Positions 1 through 9,496 of a stretch of DNA of 34,056 bases are shown piece after piece. Made by a program: the position numbers and the translations under genes. The DNA comes from a virus. Taxonomy: Duplodnaviria; Caudoviricetes. Position 1 is the stretch's first letter. Every line of letters starts with the position of its first letter. The stretch spans positions 1 through 34,056 of IMG/VR virus record IMGVR_UViG_3300042844_000089; one strand, given 5' to 3'. The notes beneath the pieces were generated by a model. That model was given only the letters and a program-made list of their open reading frames with translations, was not told the origin of the DNA and searched no databases.

Positions 1-96
1 CGCTCTTGGTGATCCTGGATACACGGCGATTCCTCGTTTCCATGCGGCCGGGAAGACTCGAACCAGAAGTGACACGCCCAGGTCAACCGGGCTATC

Positions 97-888
97 ATGC
101 CTGTCATGATCCCCGTACTGCCGGGGATCGGGAAAGGGGAAGGCATGTACGAGAAGCCATCGCGCCCATGGACGGGTATCGCGCCGTCCGCCGCCGCTCT
201 CTCACAGCTCGACTACGAGGAAATGAGCGTCCTGGCTCTGCTGTCCTGGTGCAGCGTGACCAACCGGCCCGTCACGTCGGCGGACCTCGCCACGATCAAG
301 GACCGCGACGGCACCCCGCTGGGTATCGAAGAGGCGCGCGAGATCGTCCGGAGCCTCACCGAAATGCGCATCATGTCCGTGCTCGGCATGGCCAACACGC
401 GACCCCTGTCGGTGCTCCTGGGTGGATTCCAGCCGCGTTCCGGCGCCCGGCGCCCAGGCGCTCCGTTCCGGCCGTCGGCGCCTCACGCGGCGCCGCCGTC
501 CCGCAAGCCGGGGCAGCGGCCCGGCAGGACTCAGGCACCCGCCTACAAGTGGGTCTTCAAGAACCGCCGCGTCGAGACCGGCCTGGAGATGTCACCGGGC
601 ACCCCCTCCTTCGTGATGCCGGAGGCGGAGCGCCTGCGCAAGGCTCAGCTCGACATCGAACAGGGCCTGCACGGCGACGACCTGGTGGCCGCCGCGAACG
701 GTCGGCTCGATGTCCTGAAGTCCCGCATCGCCCTGTACGAGCGCTGGCTGCGGAACGAGCCGGGACATCCCACCCTCGCGAAGGTGCTGGAGAAGAAGCG
801 CAATGCGGTGCCCGAACTGGAGTTCCAGGTCGAGCGGGCCCAGGTGAAGCAGGCTGAACTGGAAAAGGAGAAGAGTGATGCTGTCTGA
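97..888 (+). CDS. Putative winged-helix DNA-binding protein (replication-initiator-like N-terminus, coiled C-terminus)
   Basis: 263-aa ORF with GC3-biased codons; N-terminal LDYEEMSVLALL...VTSADLA...GIEEAREIVRSLTEM pattern resembles a wHTH; overlaps the next gene. Confidence 0.55.
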   Translation: MPVMIPVLPGIGKGEGMYEKPSRPWTGIAPSAAALSQLDYEEMSVLALLSWCSVTNRPVTSADLATIKDRDGTPLGIEEAREIVRSLTEMRIMSVLGMANTRPLSVLLGGFQPRSGARRPGAPFRPSAPHAAPPSRKPGQRPGRTQAPAYKWVFKNRRVETGLEMSPGTPSFVMPEAERLRKAQLDIEQGLHGDDLVAAANGRLDVLKSRIALYERWLRNEPGHPTLAKVLEKKRNAVPELEFQVERAQVKQAELEKEKSDAV

Positions 889-1120
889 CAACAGCAAGGG
901 GTTCCGACGGGAGATCTCGGGCGTCACGACGGTCGACGAAATGCGCGACGCGTTGACCATGCTCAAGGTCTACGGGGTGACCGGCGATGCCGAGATTCAC
1001 ACCTTCCTGCATGTCGGCTGGACCGGTCGGCCCGTCGAGCCCGGCGAAAAGCCGGATCCCCTGGGGCGCAGCGCCAGCATCGCCGTATGGGCGATGACCG
1101 ACAGGGAGCTTCTGCCGTGA
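875..1120 (+). CDS. Hypothetical protein
   Basis: ORF overlapping both neighbours, preceded by AAGGAG. Confidence 0.7.
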   Translation: MMLSDNSKGFRREISGVTTVDEMRDALTMLKVYGVTGDAEIHTFLHVGWTGRPVEPGEKPDPLGRSASIAVWAMTDRELLP

Positions 1121-1563
1121 ACGCCTCCGAGCGGCGACAGGAGGAGTACCGGCGCCAGAAGGCGGAGCGCAAGAGGCTCCGCGAGCTGGAGGAAGCGGAA
1201 CGCATCAGGGCCGAGCAGTCCATCCGCACAGTGCTCGACCGGCATCACCCGGAGGGCATACCCGCCGACCTGGTGGAGGGTATCTGCGGAATCGCGAACC
1301 GGCTGATCCGGAAGATCGCCCTGCTGGAGAAAGTGATCCGCGAGATGCATGACGGCGTGCACAAGATCGCCGAGGAAGCGGCCTGGCGTGATGTGGCCGG
1401 ATACAAGGAGTGCGCGCGGCAGGTCCGGGAGCACGGTGAAGAACTCGGCCTCTCCCCGGAGGTTCTCGACAGTCTCCTGCGGAACCTGGTCGCGATGGAG
1501 GAAAGGGAGAGGGCGGAGCGCGACCGGGCGGCGTCCAGTCAGGTGGAGTGGAGCCGTGGCTGA
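1117..1563 (+). CDS. Hypothetical coiled-coil protein
   Basis: GTG start in a GTGA overlap, GGGAG upstream. Confidence 0.7.
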   Translation: MNASERRQEEYRRQKAERKRLRELEEAERIRAEQSIRTVLDRHHPEGIPADLVEGICGIANRLIRKIALLEKVIREMHDGVHKIAEEAAWRDVAGYKECARQVREHGEELGLSPEVLDSLLRNLVAMEERERAERDRAASSQVEWSRG

Positions 1564-1810
1564 CGGTCGCACCCGCGAGGCGTACGAGGGCTTACTGGAG
1601 CTGTTTTCCGGGCCGCAGGACAGCGGAACGCTCGACCTGCTGCTGGGGGTGTACACCAGGCTGCTCGCGCAGTTCTTACGGGATGAGAGCAAGGCGCTGC
1701 GGATCATGGGCATGGAAGAGCCGGGACCCCTGTGGGCCCCGGCTCTTCTTGAGGAACGGGCTCGCGCGGTGATGAATCTGGGAGCCAGGGCCGCCATGCT
1801 GGATCCGTGA
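1556..1810 (+). CDS. Hypothetical protein
   Basis: GTG start after GGAG; coupled to both neighbours. Confidence 0.6.
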   Translation: MADGRTREAYEGLLELFSGPQDSGTLDLLLGVYTRLLAQFLRDESKALRIMGMEEPGPLWAPALLEERARAVMNLGARAAMLDP

Positions 1811-1989
1811 CGAAGTTCAGACCACCCTCCTGGGCGGAGCCGGAGCCCGGCGAAGACACCATCGAAATCGAATATGTATGCGAAACCACGAAGGAGCTGC
1901 ACCCGCCGCCGCGATGGCGTGTCTGGTACAGCTCCTTCCGGCACTGGCGTCAGACGCTGGTCTCTTCATGTCTGCCGACGAAGAAGTAG
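1807..1989 (+). CDS. Hypothetical protein
   Basis: GTGA overlap; last gene of the rightward run, overlapping a convergent gene by 40 bp. Confidence 0.45.
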   Translation: MTKFRPPSWAEPEPGEDTIEIEYVCETTKELHPPPRWRVWYSSFRHWRQTLVSSCLPTKK

Positions 1990-2204
1990 CCGTTCTTGCG
2001 CGGCACGCCCTTGCCGGTGTTGCGGTTCTCGTGCAGGCTGCTGGTGTTGATCGAACGGTGGTTCTTTCCGCTCGGGTGGCTGACAATGTTGGCCGAGGCG
2101 TAACCCGTATAGAACGCTGTAATCCTGATCCGACGCCCCCCGTCGCGCGGGTCGGCCGATTCATAGATGTTGTTCTTCTCGATCTGGTAACTCTCGTCGC
2201 TCAC
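1950..2204 (-). CDS. Hypothetical protein
   Basis: GTG start in a GTGA overlap, AAGGAG upstream. Confidence 0.65.
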   Translation of the reverse strand: MSDESYQIEKNNIYESADPRDGGRRIRITAFYTGYASANIVSHPSGKNHRSINTSSLHENRNTGKGVPRKNGYFFVGRHEETSV

Positions 2205-2998
2205 TTCTCTTCTCCTTCTTTTGGTATGGCGGAGACCGTCCTGATCTCCAGCCGCTGGCCACAGAGAGCCAGGATTCTTTCCGCCCATCCGAGAGTGAGC
2301 GTCACCTTTCCGGTGAACATCTGACTCACATGCTTGGTACTCAGATTCAGGCGGCGTGCCACCTCGACCTGCTTGATGCCCGCTTCGGCAAGCGCTTCCT
2401 TCACCTGCGCCCTAAGGAGTTCCTGCGGACCAGGGACATCGCCCTCGTTCAGGGCTTTCGACAGCTCGGCGAGTCGACTTCCCCACCAGGCAGCCTGCTT
2501 CTCATCGGCCGGTACAGGGATCGTGTTCCAGTATTCGAACAGTTTGTAAATCTGCTCGACGAACTCTTCCGCCTGCTGAGCATTCCCGAACCGCTGCATG
2601 TATCTGACATCGGGAAGAATTTCCAGCCCTGCCAGACGGCCGATCTTCTTCAGGCTGTCGTACGGCACATAGGTGCCCTTGTCCTTGACCTTCCACTCGC
2701 GGACCGCCTTCTTGAAGCCGTTGGCGACAGCCTCTGCGGCCTGCGCCCGACGGTTCAGATGCCGATTGGTCTGCCGGGCCTCCGCCAGGGCGGCCACCGG
2801 GTCGGCCCGTTCGTCACCATGCAGCAGGTCGGCGATCCGGGTATACAGCGGGCCCCAGGTCAGATCGTCGTGCGAGGTGTTCTGGATGATGTGGTTGATC
2901 TCGCTCATGAGTGCGGCGAACCGGCCATCGCAGCGATGACACCAGCCGTGATCCGCGCAGTGCCTGGTCTGGCGGCAGGGCACCTGCTTCTCCTCCAT
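2201..2998 (-). CDS. Protein with C-terminal XRE-family HTH
   Basis: C-terminal ALAEAGIKQVEVARRLNLSTKHVSQMFTGK is a Cro/CI-type HTH; N-terminal Cys/His cluster; AGGAG RBS. Confidence 0.75.
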   Translation of the reverse strand: MEEKQVPCRQTRHCADHGWCHRCDGRFAALMSEINHIIQNTSHDDLTWGPLYTRIADLLHGDERADPVAALAEARQTNRHLNRRAQAAEAVANGFKKAVREWKVKDKGTYVPYDSLKKIGRLAGLEILPDVRYMQRFGNAQQAEEFVEQIYKLFEYWNTIPVPADEKQAAWWGSRLAELSKALNEGDVPGPQELLRAQVKEALAEAGIKQVEVARRLNLSTKHVSQMFTGKVTLTLGWAERILALCGQRLEIRTVSAIPKEGEEK

Positions 2999-3000
2999 GC

Positions 3001-3330
3001 TCAACTCCTGTCGGGAACGAAGATCCAGGCCGGTCGGCTCAGCACTGACAGCTTGAGTTCCTCCGCCGCCGCCACTAGAAGCCCGTCCCACGTCAGGTAC
3101 TGGTCTTCGGAGCCCTGATATGGGCCGACGAACACAGGCTCACCCGGTTCGAGATCTTTGAAGGTTTCGGGTATCGCCAGGAAGAAGTCGTCTTCGTCAT
3201 ACCCTCCGCCTTGCATCGGCATCACCAGCCCCTTCTGAGGGCGTGCGTCAGAGAACTCCCAGCGCTGGGCGCCTTCCACGGGTTCCACCTGAATGCCGTA
3301 CGCCACGTAGCAGCTAACACGCGAGCCCAT
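3001..3330 (-). CDS. Hypothetical protein
   Basis: ATG overlapping the upstream gene; coding-like composition. Confidence 0.65.
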   Translation of the reverse strand: MGSRVSCYVAYGIQVEPVEGAQRWEFSDARPQKGLVMPMQGGGYDEDDFFLAIPETFKDLEPGEPVFVGPYQGSEDQYLTWDGLLVAAAEELKLSVLSRPAWIFVPDRS

Positions 3331-3631
3331 CCTGGTCACCCCAGTCGAAGAGTTCGTACAGATGCCAGGCCTGACCGCCATCACTTCTGGCCGACTTGCA
3401 GTAAGCCGCGTTTTCGGGTATTTCAACCCCCGTCCTGAAGGTTCTGAACTTCCGTTCAGGCGCTTCATTTCCAGCAAAGCTCCCCTCGTACCAGAGCTGG
3501 AAGGTGACCGGCGCCCTCGGCCCGGTCCCGAGGTAACCGCACTCGGCATGCAGAATCGCCCCCGGGATCCGGACGACGAACGGTTCACCTCCGGCGATGA
3601 CGACTTTCGTCAGCATTCTGCGATCAGCCAC
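3314..3631 (-). CDS. Hypothetical phage protein
   Basis: ORF with LWYE...RKFRTFRTG...WHLYE pattern seen in small phage proteins. Confidence 0.65.
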   Translation of the reverse strand: MADRRMLTKVVIAGGEPFVVRIPGAILHAECGYLGTGPRAPVTFQLWYEGSFAGNEAPERKFRTFRTGVEIPENAAYCKSARSDGGQAWHLYELFDWGDQDGLAC

Positions 3632-3917
3632 CTCGCGCCTCCCGCTCCCTTTCGCCGCGAAGTTCCATCGCGAAGTCGTATCCTTCCCAGCTGTCGACTC
3701 CAGCGCTCCGCAGGGCCTTGAGGGTGTCGACGTCCTCCCTCATTTCCGCGATCTGCTGGCGCATTTCCGCAGCCAGATGCGCCTCCGCCAGGAGCATAAG
3801 CATCGACTCCTTGGCTCGGCTGCTATAGAAGGCGATGGAGGATTCATGGCGCAGCAGATCCCGGATCTCCCTCAACCGGTCTGCGTCCGGCACCTCGCGT
3901 GCCACTTCTTCAGTCAT
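3624..3917 (-). CDS. Hypothetical phage protein
   Basis: C-terminal LKALRSAGVDSWEGYDFA motif recurrent in phage proteins; ATGA overlap. Confidence 0.7.
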   Translation of the reverse strand: MTEEVAREVPDADRLREIRDLLRHESSIAFYSSRAKESMLMLLAEAHLAAEMRQQIAEMREDVDTLKALRSAGVDSWEGYDFAMELRGEREREARGG

Positions 3918-4735
3918 TTGATTCCCATCTCTTTCCGCAGCCGGTCGGCTGCTTCCTGGGCCGATCTCGCCGCCCTGTCCAGTTCCCTGATGGTGCTCTC
4001 CGCCTGATCCTTCGTCTTTTCCAGTGCGGCCACCCCCCGGCTGAACTCCTTCAGCGCGTCCGCCGCACCCTCGGGTGACAGCCTCTCTTCCCAGGCGTAA
4101 TCAGACAGCTCGACACCGAGGGCCGCCTCCAGCCGGTCCATCAGCTCCAGCCGCCGCCGGTCCTTCTCGCTGAAGATGCCACGCTGGCGCCGGGTCTGCT
4201 GCTCCTGCTCGTAGAACTTCGCACGCAGTGCACTTTCCTGCTTCCGGAGAGCCTTCGTGCGCGTTGTCTCGGTATTCGTCAGCAGGGTCCGGAGCAGGGC
4301 GGCCGTGATGACGATGTCCCTCTCTTCGGGTTTCTGGAGCACCTTGAAACGGCGCCCCCGGCCGCCTGGCATCATCAGACCCCAACCCTTGGGCAGTTCA
4401 CCCTCCTGCACGATTCCGGCGTGAGGTACCACCAGCCAGAACATGTTGCAGTGCGGCCACCAAGCCTCGGCCTTCTTGGGGTTCTTCAGTTCCACGAGCC
4501 AGTCAGCCCGGCTGACCTTCAGCTCGCAGACCTCGATCGTCCCACCGCCCCGCGACGACCACAGGCCAACATGTACCGCATCCGCCCGGCGCCCGGAGTG
4601 ATCGGGTGCGGTGACCTCCGTCAGATAGATGGCACCGGCACCGGCCAGACTGAGCTGATCCTTTTCGGCGATGAAATGCAGGTTCAGCAATTCATCCAGC
4701 TCTTCCGTTGTCATGTCGCCATTCGGCGTGGCCAT
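3914..4735 (-). CDS. MmcB-like PD-(D/E)XK nuclease with coiled-coil tail
   Basis: EV...RRADAV...ELKVSRADW...K motif arrangement. Confidence 0.7.
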   Translation of the reverse strand: MATPNGDMTTEELDELLNLHFIAEKDQLSLAGAGAIYLTEVTAPDHSGRRADAVHVGLWSSRGGGTIEVCELKVSRADWLVELKNPKKAEAWWPHCNMFWLVVPHAGIVQEGELPKGWGLMMPGGRGRRFKVLQKPEERDIVITAALLRTLLTNTETTRTKALRKQESALRAKFYEQEQQTRRQRGIFSEKDRRRLELMDRLEAALGVELSDYAWEERLSPEGAADALKEFSRGVAALEKTKDQAESTIRELDRAARSAQEAADRLRKEMGIK

Positions 4736-4749
4736 GGCATTCCTTTCCG

Positions 4750-5577
4750 TCAGGAGGCCGAAGCCATTTTCTTGTTGTAGTAGCCGAGTGCCGCATTCAG
4801 GCCGTCGACCGTCACACCCAGCCGCTTGGCCGCACCCTTGCGGTCGTAGCCCTGCTCCTGAGTCAGTTCCCGGTAGTCCTCAGCGATCCGAATGTACTTG
4901 GGGGTGTTCAGGACCGGCTTGCAGTCGGGGTCGTCGATGTCGTCCCACGCCTCGGTGGGCAGCCACCCTTCGCGTTCTGCATGTTTCATCGTCCGCGACA
5001 CGGCAACGAGCTTGCTTCCCGTGTCGAGCGGATTCACGTCCCAGAGCTTGTCATGCAAAAGGGCGATCACTCGTACGGTTGACAGTTGAATGCGCTGCTG
5101 AGTGCCAGCCCGGATGAGGTTGATCGTCAAACGCGCCACGCCGCTCTCGTTCGACAGGACGGGTGCAGAGAAGCCCTGGACCGCAAGGGCTTGAAGCCTG
5201 CGCCGGGCGCCCGTGGCGTCGGCCCATCCACCCCTGGATCCCGGCCTGCTCTCGTGCGGCATGGGGACTCCGAGAATTGCGTCCGAATTGACCCGGAGCA
5301 TGGTCGGGAGATCCCCGCGAAGAAGTTTACGGACCTGCGAACCCGACACCCCTGATCGTTCGGCGATATCGCTGGATGACAGACTCGCCCGAACCAGCTC
5401 AACGGCATACGCATAGGCTTCGTCACTCGGAGCACGCGCCGGTCCATCCTCCTTCATCGCACGATACTTCTCCCGGTCACTCCGCCTGCGCGCCTCTCTG
5501 CACTCTTCGCGTGTGCATCCATACCGCAGGCATGACGCCATACCATGGCGTACTTGAGAGTTTTTTGGCCTACTCAC
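4750..5577 (-). CDS. Multi-HTH DNA-binding protein with N-terminal Cys/His motif
   Basis: HG..CLRYGCTREEC motif, three HTH-like segments, ARRRLQALAVQG motif familiar from actinophage proteins. Confidence 0.7.
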   Translation of the reverse strand: MSRPKNSQVRHGMASCLRYGCTREECREARRRSDREKYRAMKEDGPARAPSDEAYAYAVELVRASLSSSDIAERSGVSGSQVRKLLRGDLPTMLRVNSDAILGVPMPHESRPGSRGGWADATGARRRLQALAVQGFSAPVLSNESGVARLTINLIRAGTQQRIQLSTVRVIALLHDKLWDVNPLDTGSKLVAVSRTMKHAEREGWLPTEAWDDIDDPDCKPVLNTPKYIRIAEDYRELTQEQGYDRKGAAKRLGVTVDGLNAALGYYNKKMASAS

Positions 5578-5595
5578 TCTCTTCTCCTTTTCCGA

Positions 5596-6108
5596 TCAGC
5601 CGTAATACGACTGGCGCATATCCTCGTAGTACGCTTCTTCTTCTTCCTGGCGCTCTCGGTCGAAGTCCGCCTCGGTGCAGCCCGGCAGTTCACAGGGCCA
5701 CGGCTGGACTTTCCGTTCGTCGGGATAGCAGGCCTTGCACCACCGGTGGTCCTCGCACCGGTGACCCGGCTCGTCAGGCATGTCGCACGGCGGAGTCGGG
5801 AGCTGGCAGGTGTGCTCGGCGGGCACCGTCTCGACGATCTTCAGTCCGTGGCGGCAGTACATCCCCCGGTCGGGGGGCCTCACCTTGTCGAGGGGGCGCC
5901 AGTACCGCTCACCCGCGACTGTCCCCAGGCGCACGCTGGCGTCGGTACGCTCCTTCACCTCGCCGGTGATCTCCACCTCGTCCAAGGCGGTGACCATCGC
6001 ACCGATCCAGGGCCAGTCGCACCCCGGGGCCGCGCACGCGTCACGACCCCCCTCATGCGCGATCAGTGAATCGTCCGGACCGTTGACGTAGTGCTTGTGG
6101 TTGAACAT
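5596..6108 (-). CDS. Cys-rich hypothetical protein
   Basis: ORF with AAGGA RBS and multiple Cys/His clusters. Confidence 0.7.
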   Translation of the reverse strand: MFNHKHYVNGPDDSLIAHEGGRDACAAPGCDWPWIGAMVTALDEVEITGEVKERTDASVRLGTVAGERYWRPLDKVRPPDRGMYCRHGLKIVETVPAEHTCQLPTPPCDMPDEPGHRCEDHRWCKACYPDERKVQPWPCELPGCTEADFDRERQEEEEAYYEDMRQSYYG

Positions 6109-6111
6109 TCG

Positions 6112-6309
6112 TCAGTCCTTCAGCTCGAAGGCTTCTTTGAACTCCTTCTCGCTGAGCGAGTAGAACTCGGGCTCCTCCTTGAATGCCGGGCATGTCTGGT
6201 ACCAGGTCACCATCGGCGCGTCGGTCACGGGGTGCTTGAATCGGGCCACCACTTCGGCTTCACGCTGGAGCACCCGGCGATGCCGGTACAGCTCGTGCGG
6301 GATGGTCAC
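6112..6309 (-). CDS. DUF1653-like small protein
   Basis: LYRH...EVV...HPVT...MVTW...EF..F pattern. Confidence 0.5.
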   Translation of the reverse strand: MTIPHELYRHRRVLQREAEVVARFKHPVTDAPMVTWYQTCPAFKEEPEFYSLSEKEFKEAFELKD

Positions 6310-6671
6310 GACTCGACCTGCTTTCTCGTCGCCGCATACTGCTCGGCGCGGCGCCGCTGGATGTCATAGACCCAGGCGGCGATCACAGCGGCATGCTGGA
6401 TCAGCTCGGCCTCCAGCTTGTCCAGGTCGGTCTCGGCGTACGCCTCCTGCTGCTCCTCGGAGGCGATGTGCCGCCAGGTCAGGCGCCCCTCGGCCGCAGC
6501 GCGCTTGCAGTTCTCGCGGACCAGGTCGGCTGCGAGTTCATCCCCTGGCAGGCCGGTTCCGTCCGGGTGCCGCTGGTCACCCCACTGCTTGATCTGCCGC
6601 TGGCGCTCGTCGTCGACTTTCTCGGCGAAATCGCCAACGCCGGGTGTGGCGAAAATCCTCGGATAGCTCAT
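6306..6671 (-). CDS. MazG-like all-alpha NTP pyrophosphohydrolase
   Basis: ERQRQ..WG.Q, EE..E and ELIQ.AAV..AW motifs. Confidence 0.7.
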   Translation of the reverse strand: MSYPRIFATPGVGDFAEKVDDERQRQIKQWGDQRHPDGTGLPGDELAADLVRENCKRAAAEGRLTWRHIASEEQQEAYAETDLDKLEAELIQHAAVIAAWVYDIQRRRAEQYAATRKQVES

Positions 6672-6967
6672 ACTCCACTCCCCTTCTTCACTACCTCAAA
6701 CTCGACTCGCTGGACTTCGATATAGCGGGACCCGAGGAACCCCCTCTTGCGCCACCAGGCACGCACGATTCCGCCATCGAGCACAACTTCGGCCGGTACC
6801 GTGCGGTCGCTTCTGTGGTTCGTAAAGGTGCCGCCGAATCCGCTCGCGGTCGCGCAGTCGTGAAAAACTTCCAGATACTGGTGCATGCGCACCGAAAGTT
6901 CATGAACATCGACGTCGTCTTTATCGATGATCTGAACCTCCGCACGCTTCGACCAGGTGACTTTCAC
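6668..6967 (-). CDS. Hypothetical protein
   Basis: 4-bp overlaps at both ends. Confidence 0.65.
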   Translation of the reverse strand: MKVTWSKRAEVQIIDKDDVDVHELSVRMHQYLEVFHDCATASGFGGTFTNHRSDRTVPAEVVLDGGIVRAWWRKRGFLGSRYIEVQRVEFEVVKKGSGV

Positions 6968-7434
6968 TCCGCCTCACCCTCCTCTTTTATCGAACCGCCG
7001 GGAAGCAGCTCATCCAGAATGTTCGTCGGGCCGGGCTTGCCCTTGCCCCACTCAGCCATTCCCGCCATGGCCATTGCCAGGAAAGCCGCATCGCTGGCCG
7101 ACATGCGGACCTCGACCTTGCGGCCGACCGCACCCTTCGCCCCATCCGTGATGCGCACCGCGAAGCAGAGGGCCGTCACCGACTCCTCGCCCCGGCGCCA
7201 CGCGATCTCCTGCGGCCACACCGTGCTGATCGGCTGGGCCAGCCAGGTCGCCGGGCGACGCTCCCGCCGCATCGACTGCATCCTGAGTTTCGCGTACGCC
7301 AGGTGCAGGATGTGATCGATCTCCCGGGCCGGATCCGAGTGGACCCAGTCGCTCCCGGTCCACTCGTCCAGCACAGCCCGCACGTCGGCCAGCGCATTCA
7401 GCGCCACCTCGGCACGCGTCGGCTGGTCACTCAT
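6964..7434 (-). CDS. Hypothetical protein
   Basis: Coding-like ORF coupled to neighbours. Confidence 0.65.
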   Translation of the reverse strand: MSDQPTRAEVALNALADVRAVLDEWTGSDWVHSDPAREIDHILHLAYAKLRMQSMRRERRPATWLAQPISTVWPQEIAWRRGEESVTALCFAVRITDGAKGAVGRKVEVRMSASDAAFLAMAMAGMAEWGKGKPGPTNILDELLPGGSIKEEGEAE

Positions 7435-7600
7435 CCTCGTCACCCTCTTCCGGCGGAAGGATAATCCTGGGCAGGTTCAGTGCGGACTTCGGCGTAAACC
7501 GGTTCAGGGCTTTTCCGTAGACCACCCCGGCCAGAATGACAAGGCCGGGAAGCGCCGCCCCCACCAGGAGGAACACCACGAGAAGTCCGGCGCCCTTCAC
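7427..7600 (-). CDS. Small membrane protein, 57 aa (MKGAGLLVVFLLVGAALPGLVILAGVVYGK...), absent from the ORF track
   Basis: Translated by hand; GTGA overlap with the upstream stop, fills the gap exactly, hydrophobic N-terminus. Confidence 0.65.
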   Translation of the reverse strand: MKGAGLLVVFLLVGAALPGLVILAGVVYGKALNRFTPKSALNLPRIILPPEEGDEDE

Positions 7601-8118
7601 CGCTTCCGCTCCTTCTGGGCCAGCTCGCTGATGCTTTCCAGCTTTTCGAGGATGTGTGCCGGAGCCCCCTCACACCGAGCCTCACTGAAGATCTCGCCGA
7701 GCGAAACCGGATCGTCCATGCAGCCGTACGCCTTGTTCACGTACTCGTGCTTCCAGTAGGCGTCGTCCTGGCGCATGCGCCAGATACGCATGGTCCGCAC
7801 CGCGAGCAGGGCCCGTCCCCTGTTGACGCACCCGGCGCTCGAACACGGCTTCCCGTCCAGGACAGCGTGGACGAGCTGTACGGGGTTCTCGACGGCCGGA
7901 GGGATCTCTCCCCCCGGCGCATCCGGCGTCGTGATGACCGTGTTGGCGCTCACGGAGAAGCCGTAGCCGTAGTCCATGACGACCGACCGCACGGGATGCG
8001 GCGCGTACTCGACCTTGTCGTACACGTCGACCACGAATCCGGCCATGCCTTCGCCGTTTTCTTCCAGGCTGACGTACTGGCCGACGTACTGGTCGAGTGC
8101 GTGGATGTCCGTCGTCAT
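7597..8118 (-). CDS. Hypothetical protein
   Basis: ATG 1 nt after the upstream stop; GGAAGG RBS. Confidence 0.65.
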   Translation of the reverse strand: MTTDIHALDQYVGQYVSLEENGEGMAGFVVDVYDKVEYAPHPVRSVVMDYGYGFSVSANTVITTPDAPGGEIPPAVENPVQLVHAVLDGKPCSSAGCVNRGRALLAVRTMRIWRMRQDDAYWKHEYVNKAYGCMDDPVSLGEIFSEARCEGAPAHILEKLESISELAQKERKR

Positions 8119-8119
8119 C

Positions 8120-8380
8120 TCAGCCTTCCCGTTCCGTGATCGCCTTGTGGACCTTCTCCGCCCAGGGCTGGAAGTCGTTTGCGCATTCCATGACCGTGAG
8201 GTGGAAGCTCGCTTCAAGTCCCGGATCACCCGGCCTGAAGCCCTCCAGGCAGGATGCCATCCATCCGAGGCACTGTATGGATTCGTTGCGGCTGAGGCCG
8301 TAACCGTCCTCCAGCGCGAAGAGGATCTGGTCGATCTCGCCGAGCGCCTTCTCGCCGCTGAAGTCCGGATTGCCGGTCAC
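8120..8380 (-). CDS. Hypothetical protein
   Basis: GTGA overlap. Confidence 0.6.
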   Translation of the reverse strand: MTGNPDFSGEKALGEIDQILFALEDGYGLSRNESIQCLGWMASCLEGFRPGDPGLEASFHLTVMECANDFQPWAEKVHKAITEREG

Positions 8381-8805
8381 GGAGCTGTCACCAGTTCCGG
8401 AAGCGCCATCGCGTCGGGAGCCCTGTGGTGCGTCACCAGACCGTGGCGGACCTCCGTCCATGCGCCGGGCGCCTGCGGGTGGACCATCACAGCGGTGTCC
8501 GACCCGGCATACACGACCCTGTCCACGGCGTACGCGAGGGAGGTGAGCCACGGCCCGAAGGCGCTGCGGTCGAGGAGTCCCTCGACCTCGACCGTCGAGC
8601 CGATCAGAACGAGCGACCGGCCCGAGATCATCACGCCGGTCCGCAGCATGCGCGCATCGGCAGTCTGGAGCCTTCCGGCGTCCCGCGCCTCGATGCCTGC
8701 CAGCTCCGCCATCTGCCGCATGCCGCCGTAGTCCGGTCCGACGAGCAGGATGGCCAGACCCTCGTCCGGCCTGCCGAGCAGGTGATGTGCTCCGACTGTA
8801 CCCAT
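8377..8805 (-). CDS. Hypothetical alpha/beta protein
   Basis: AAAGGA RBS; first gene after the promoter at 8856-8878. Confidence 0.6.
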   Translation of the reverse strand: MGTVGAHHLLGRPDEGLAILLVGPDYGGMRQMAELAGIEARDAGRLQTADARMLRTGVMISGRSLVLIGSTVEVEGLLDRSAFGPWLTSLAYAVDRVVYAGSDTAVMVHPQAPGAWTEVRHGLVTHHRAPDAMALPELVTAP

Positions 8806-8855
8806 CAGGGGTTCCTTTCCGAAATGCCTTGCTGTCAAGCCTTGTTGGTAACTTC

Positions 8856-8878
8856 AGCCTACCACGGCCCAGGCCACT
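8856..8878 (-). promoter_or_regulatory. TAGGCT -10 box with upstream TGGCC-N2-GGCC(A/G) inverted repeat (copy 1)
   Basis: Minus strand reads AGTGGCCTGGGCCG-TGG-TAGGCT; same motif at 21336 and 23577. Confidence 0.6.
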
Positions 8879-8889
8879 CCGAAACAGGA

Positions 8890-8918
8890 ACAGGCCCCTC
8901 CGGCGAGGAGGGGCCTGT
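8890..8918 (-). terminator. Putative intrinsic terminator
   Basis: 12-bp inverted repeat ACAGGCCCCTCC/GGAGGGGCCTGT just after the deaminase stop, followed by TCCTGTTTC. Confidence 0.65.
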
Positions 8919-8929
8919 CACGTGTCCTG

Positions 8930-9496
8930 TCAGCGCTGGAAGTCGAGCTGACCCTCCGGCCAGACGATCCGGGCTATCCGGGTGGTGTTTTTGATCTGCT
9001 TCACGCAGCCCTGGCATGGTTCGTCGGTCACGTACATCGTCGCGCCGTCCAGCCGATACCGGGACTCCACGTCGGCAAGGGCATTCTGCTCGGCGTGGGA
9101 GGCCCCGCAGATCCCGGGCCCCGTGTCGTACGAGCTGCCCGGCTCGACCGAGTCCTCACAGCCACCCTCGGATGACCACTCCTTGCCGCATGCGCACTTG
9201 AAGAGGAAGTAGCAGTCGGAGCAGACCCAGTCGTACTCGGGATCGCCGCTGGGGCAGATCTGACAGGCCTTGCCGTACGCTTCGGCCAGCCGGTAGTGCC
9301 GACCCCGTGGGCATTCGCCCTTCAGGCAGCTCGGACCGCCCGGCCATGTGCCGTTGAAACCGGCCCCGATGATCCGGTGGTCGGCATCAAGGATGCACGC
9401 CCCGACCTGGCGCCTGGTGCAATCCCCGCGAAGAGAAACCGCCCTGGCTACGCCGAGCCCCCAGGAGTCCCAGTCGGGGCGTGCGAGTTCCTTCAC
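8930..9496 (-). CDS. dCMP deaminase family protein with Cys-rich insertion
   Basis: [20 protein letters not shown] and PCQGC zinc-deaminase motifs; GTG start overlaps the csp stop. Confidence 0.9.
   Translation of the reverse strand: MKELARPDWDSWGLGVARAVSLRGDCTRRQVGACILDADHRIIGAGFNGTWPGGPSCLKGECPRGRHYRLAEAYGKACQICPSGDPEYDWVCSDCYFLFKCACGKEWSSEGGCEDSVEPGSSYDTGPGICGASHAEQNALADVESRYRLDGATMYVTDEPCQGCVKQIKNTTRIARIVWPEGQLDFQR

Noticed and set aside
8377-8805. Possible P-loop (LLVGPDYGGM)
   Set aside because: No GK[ST]; insufficient support for an NTPase call
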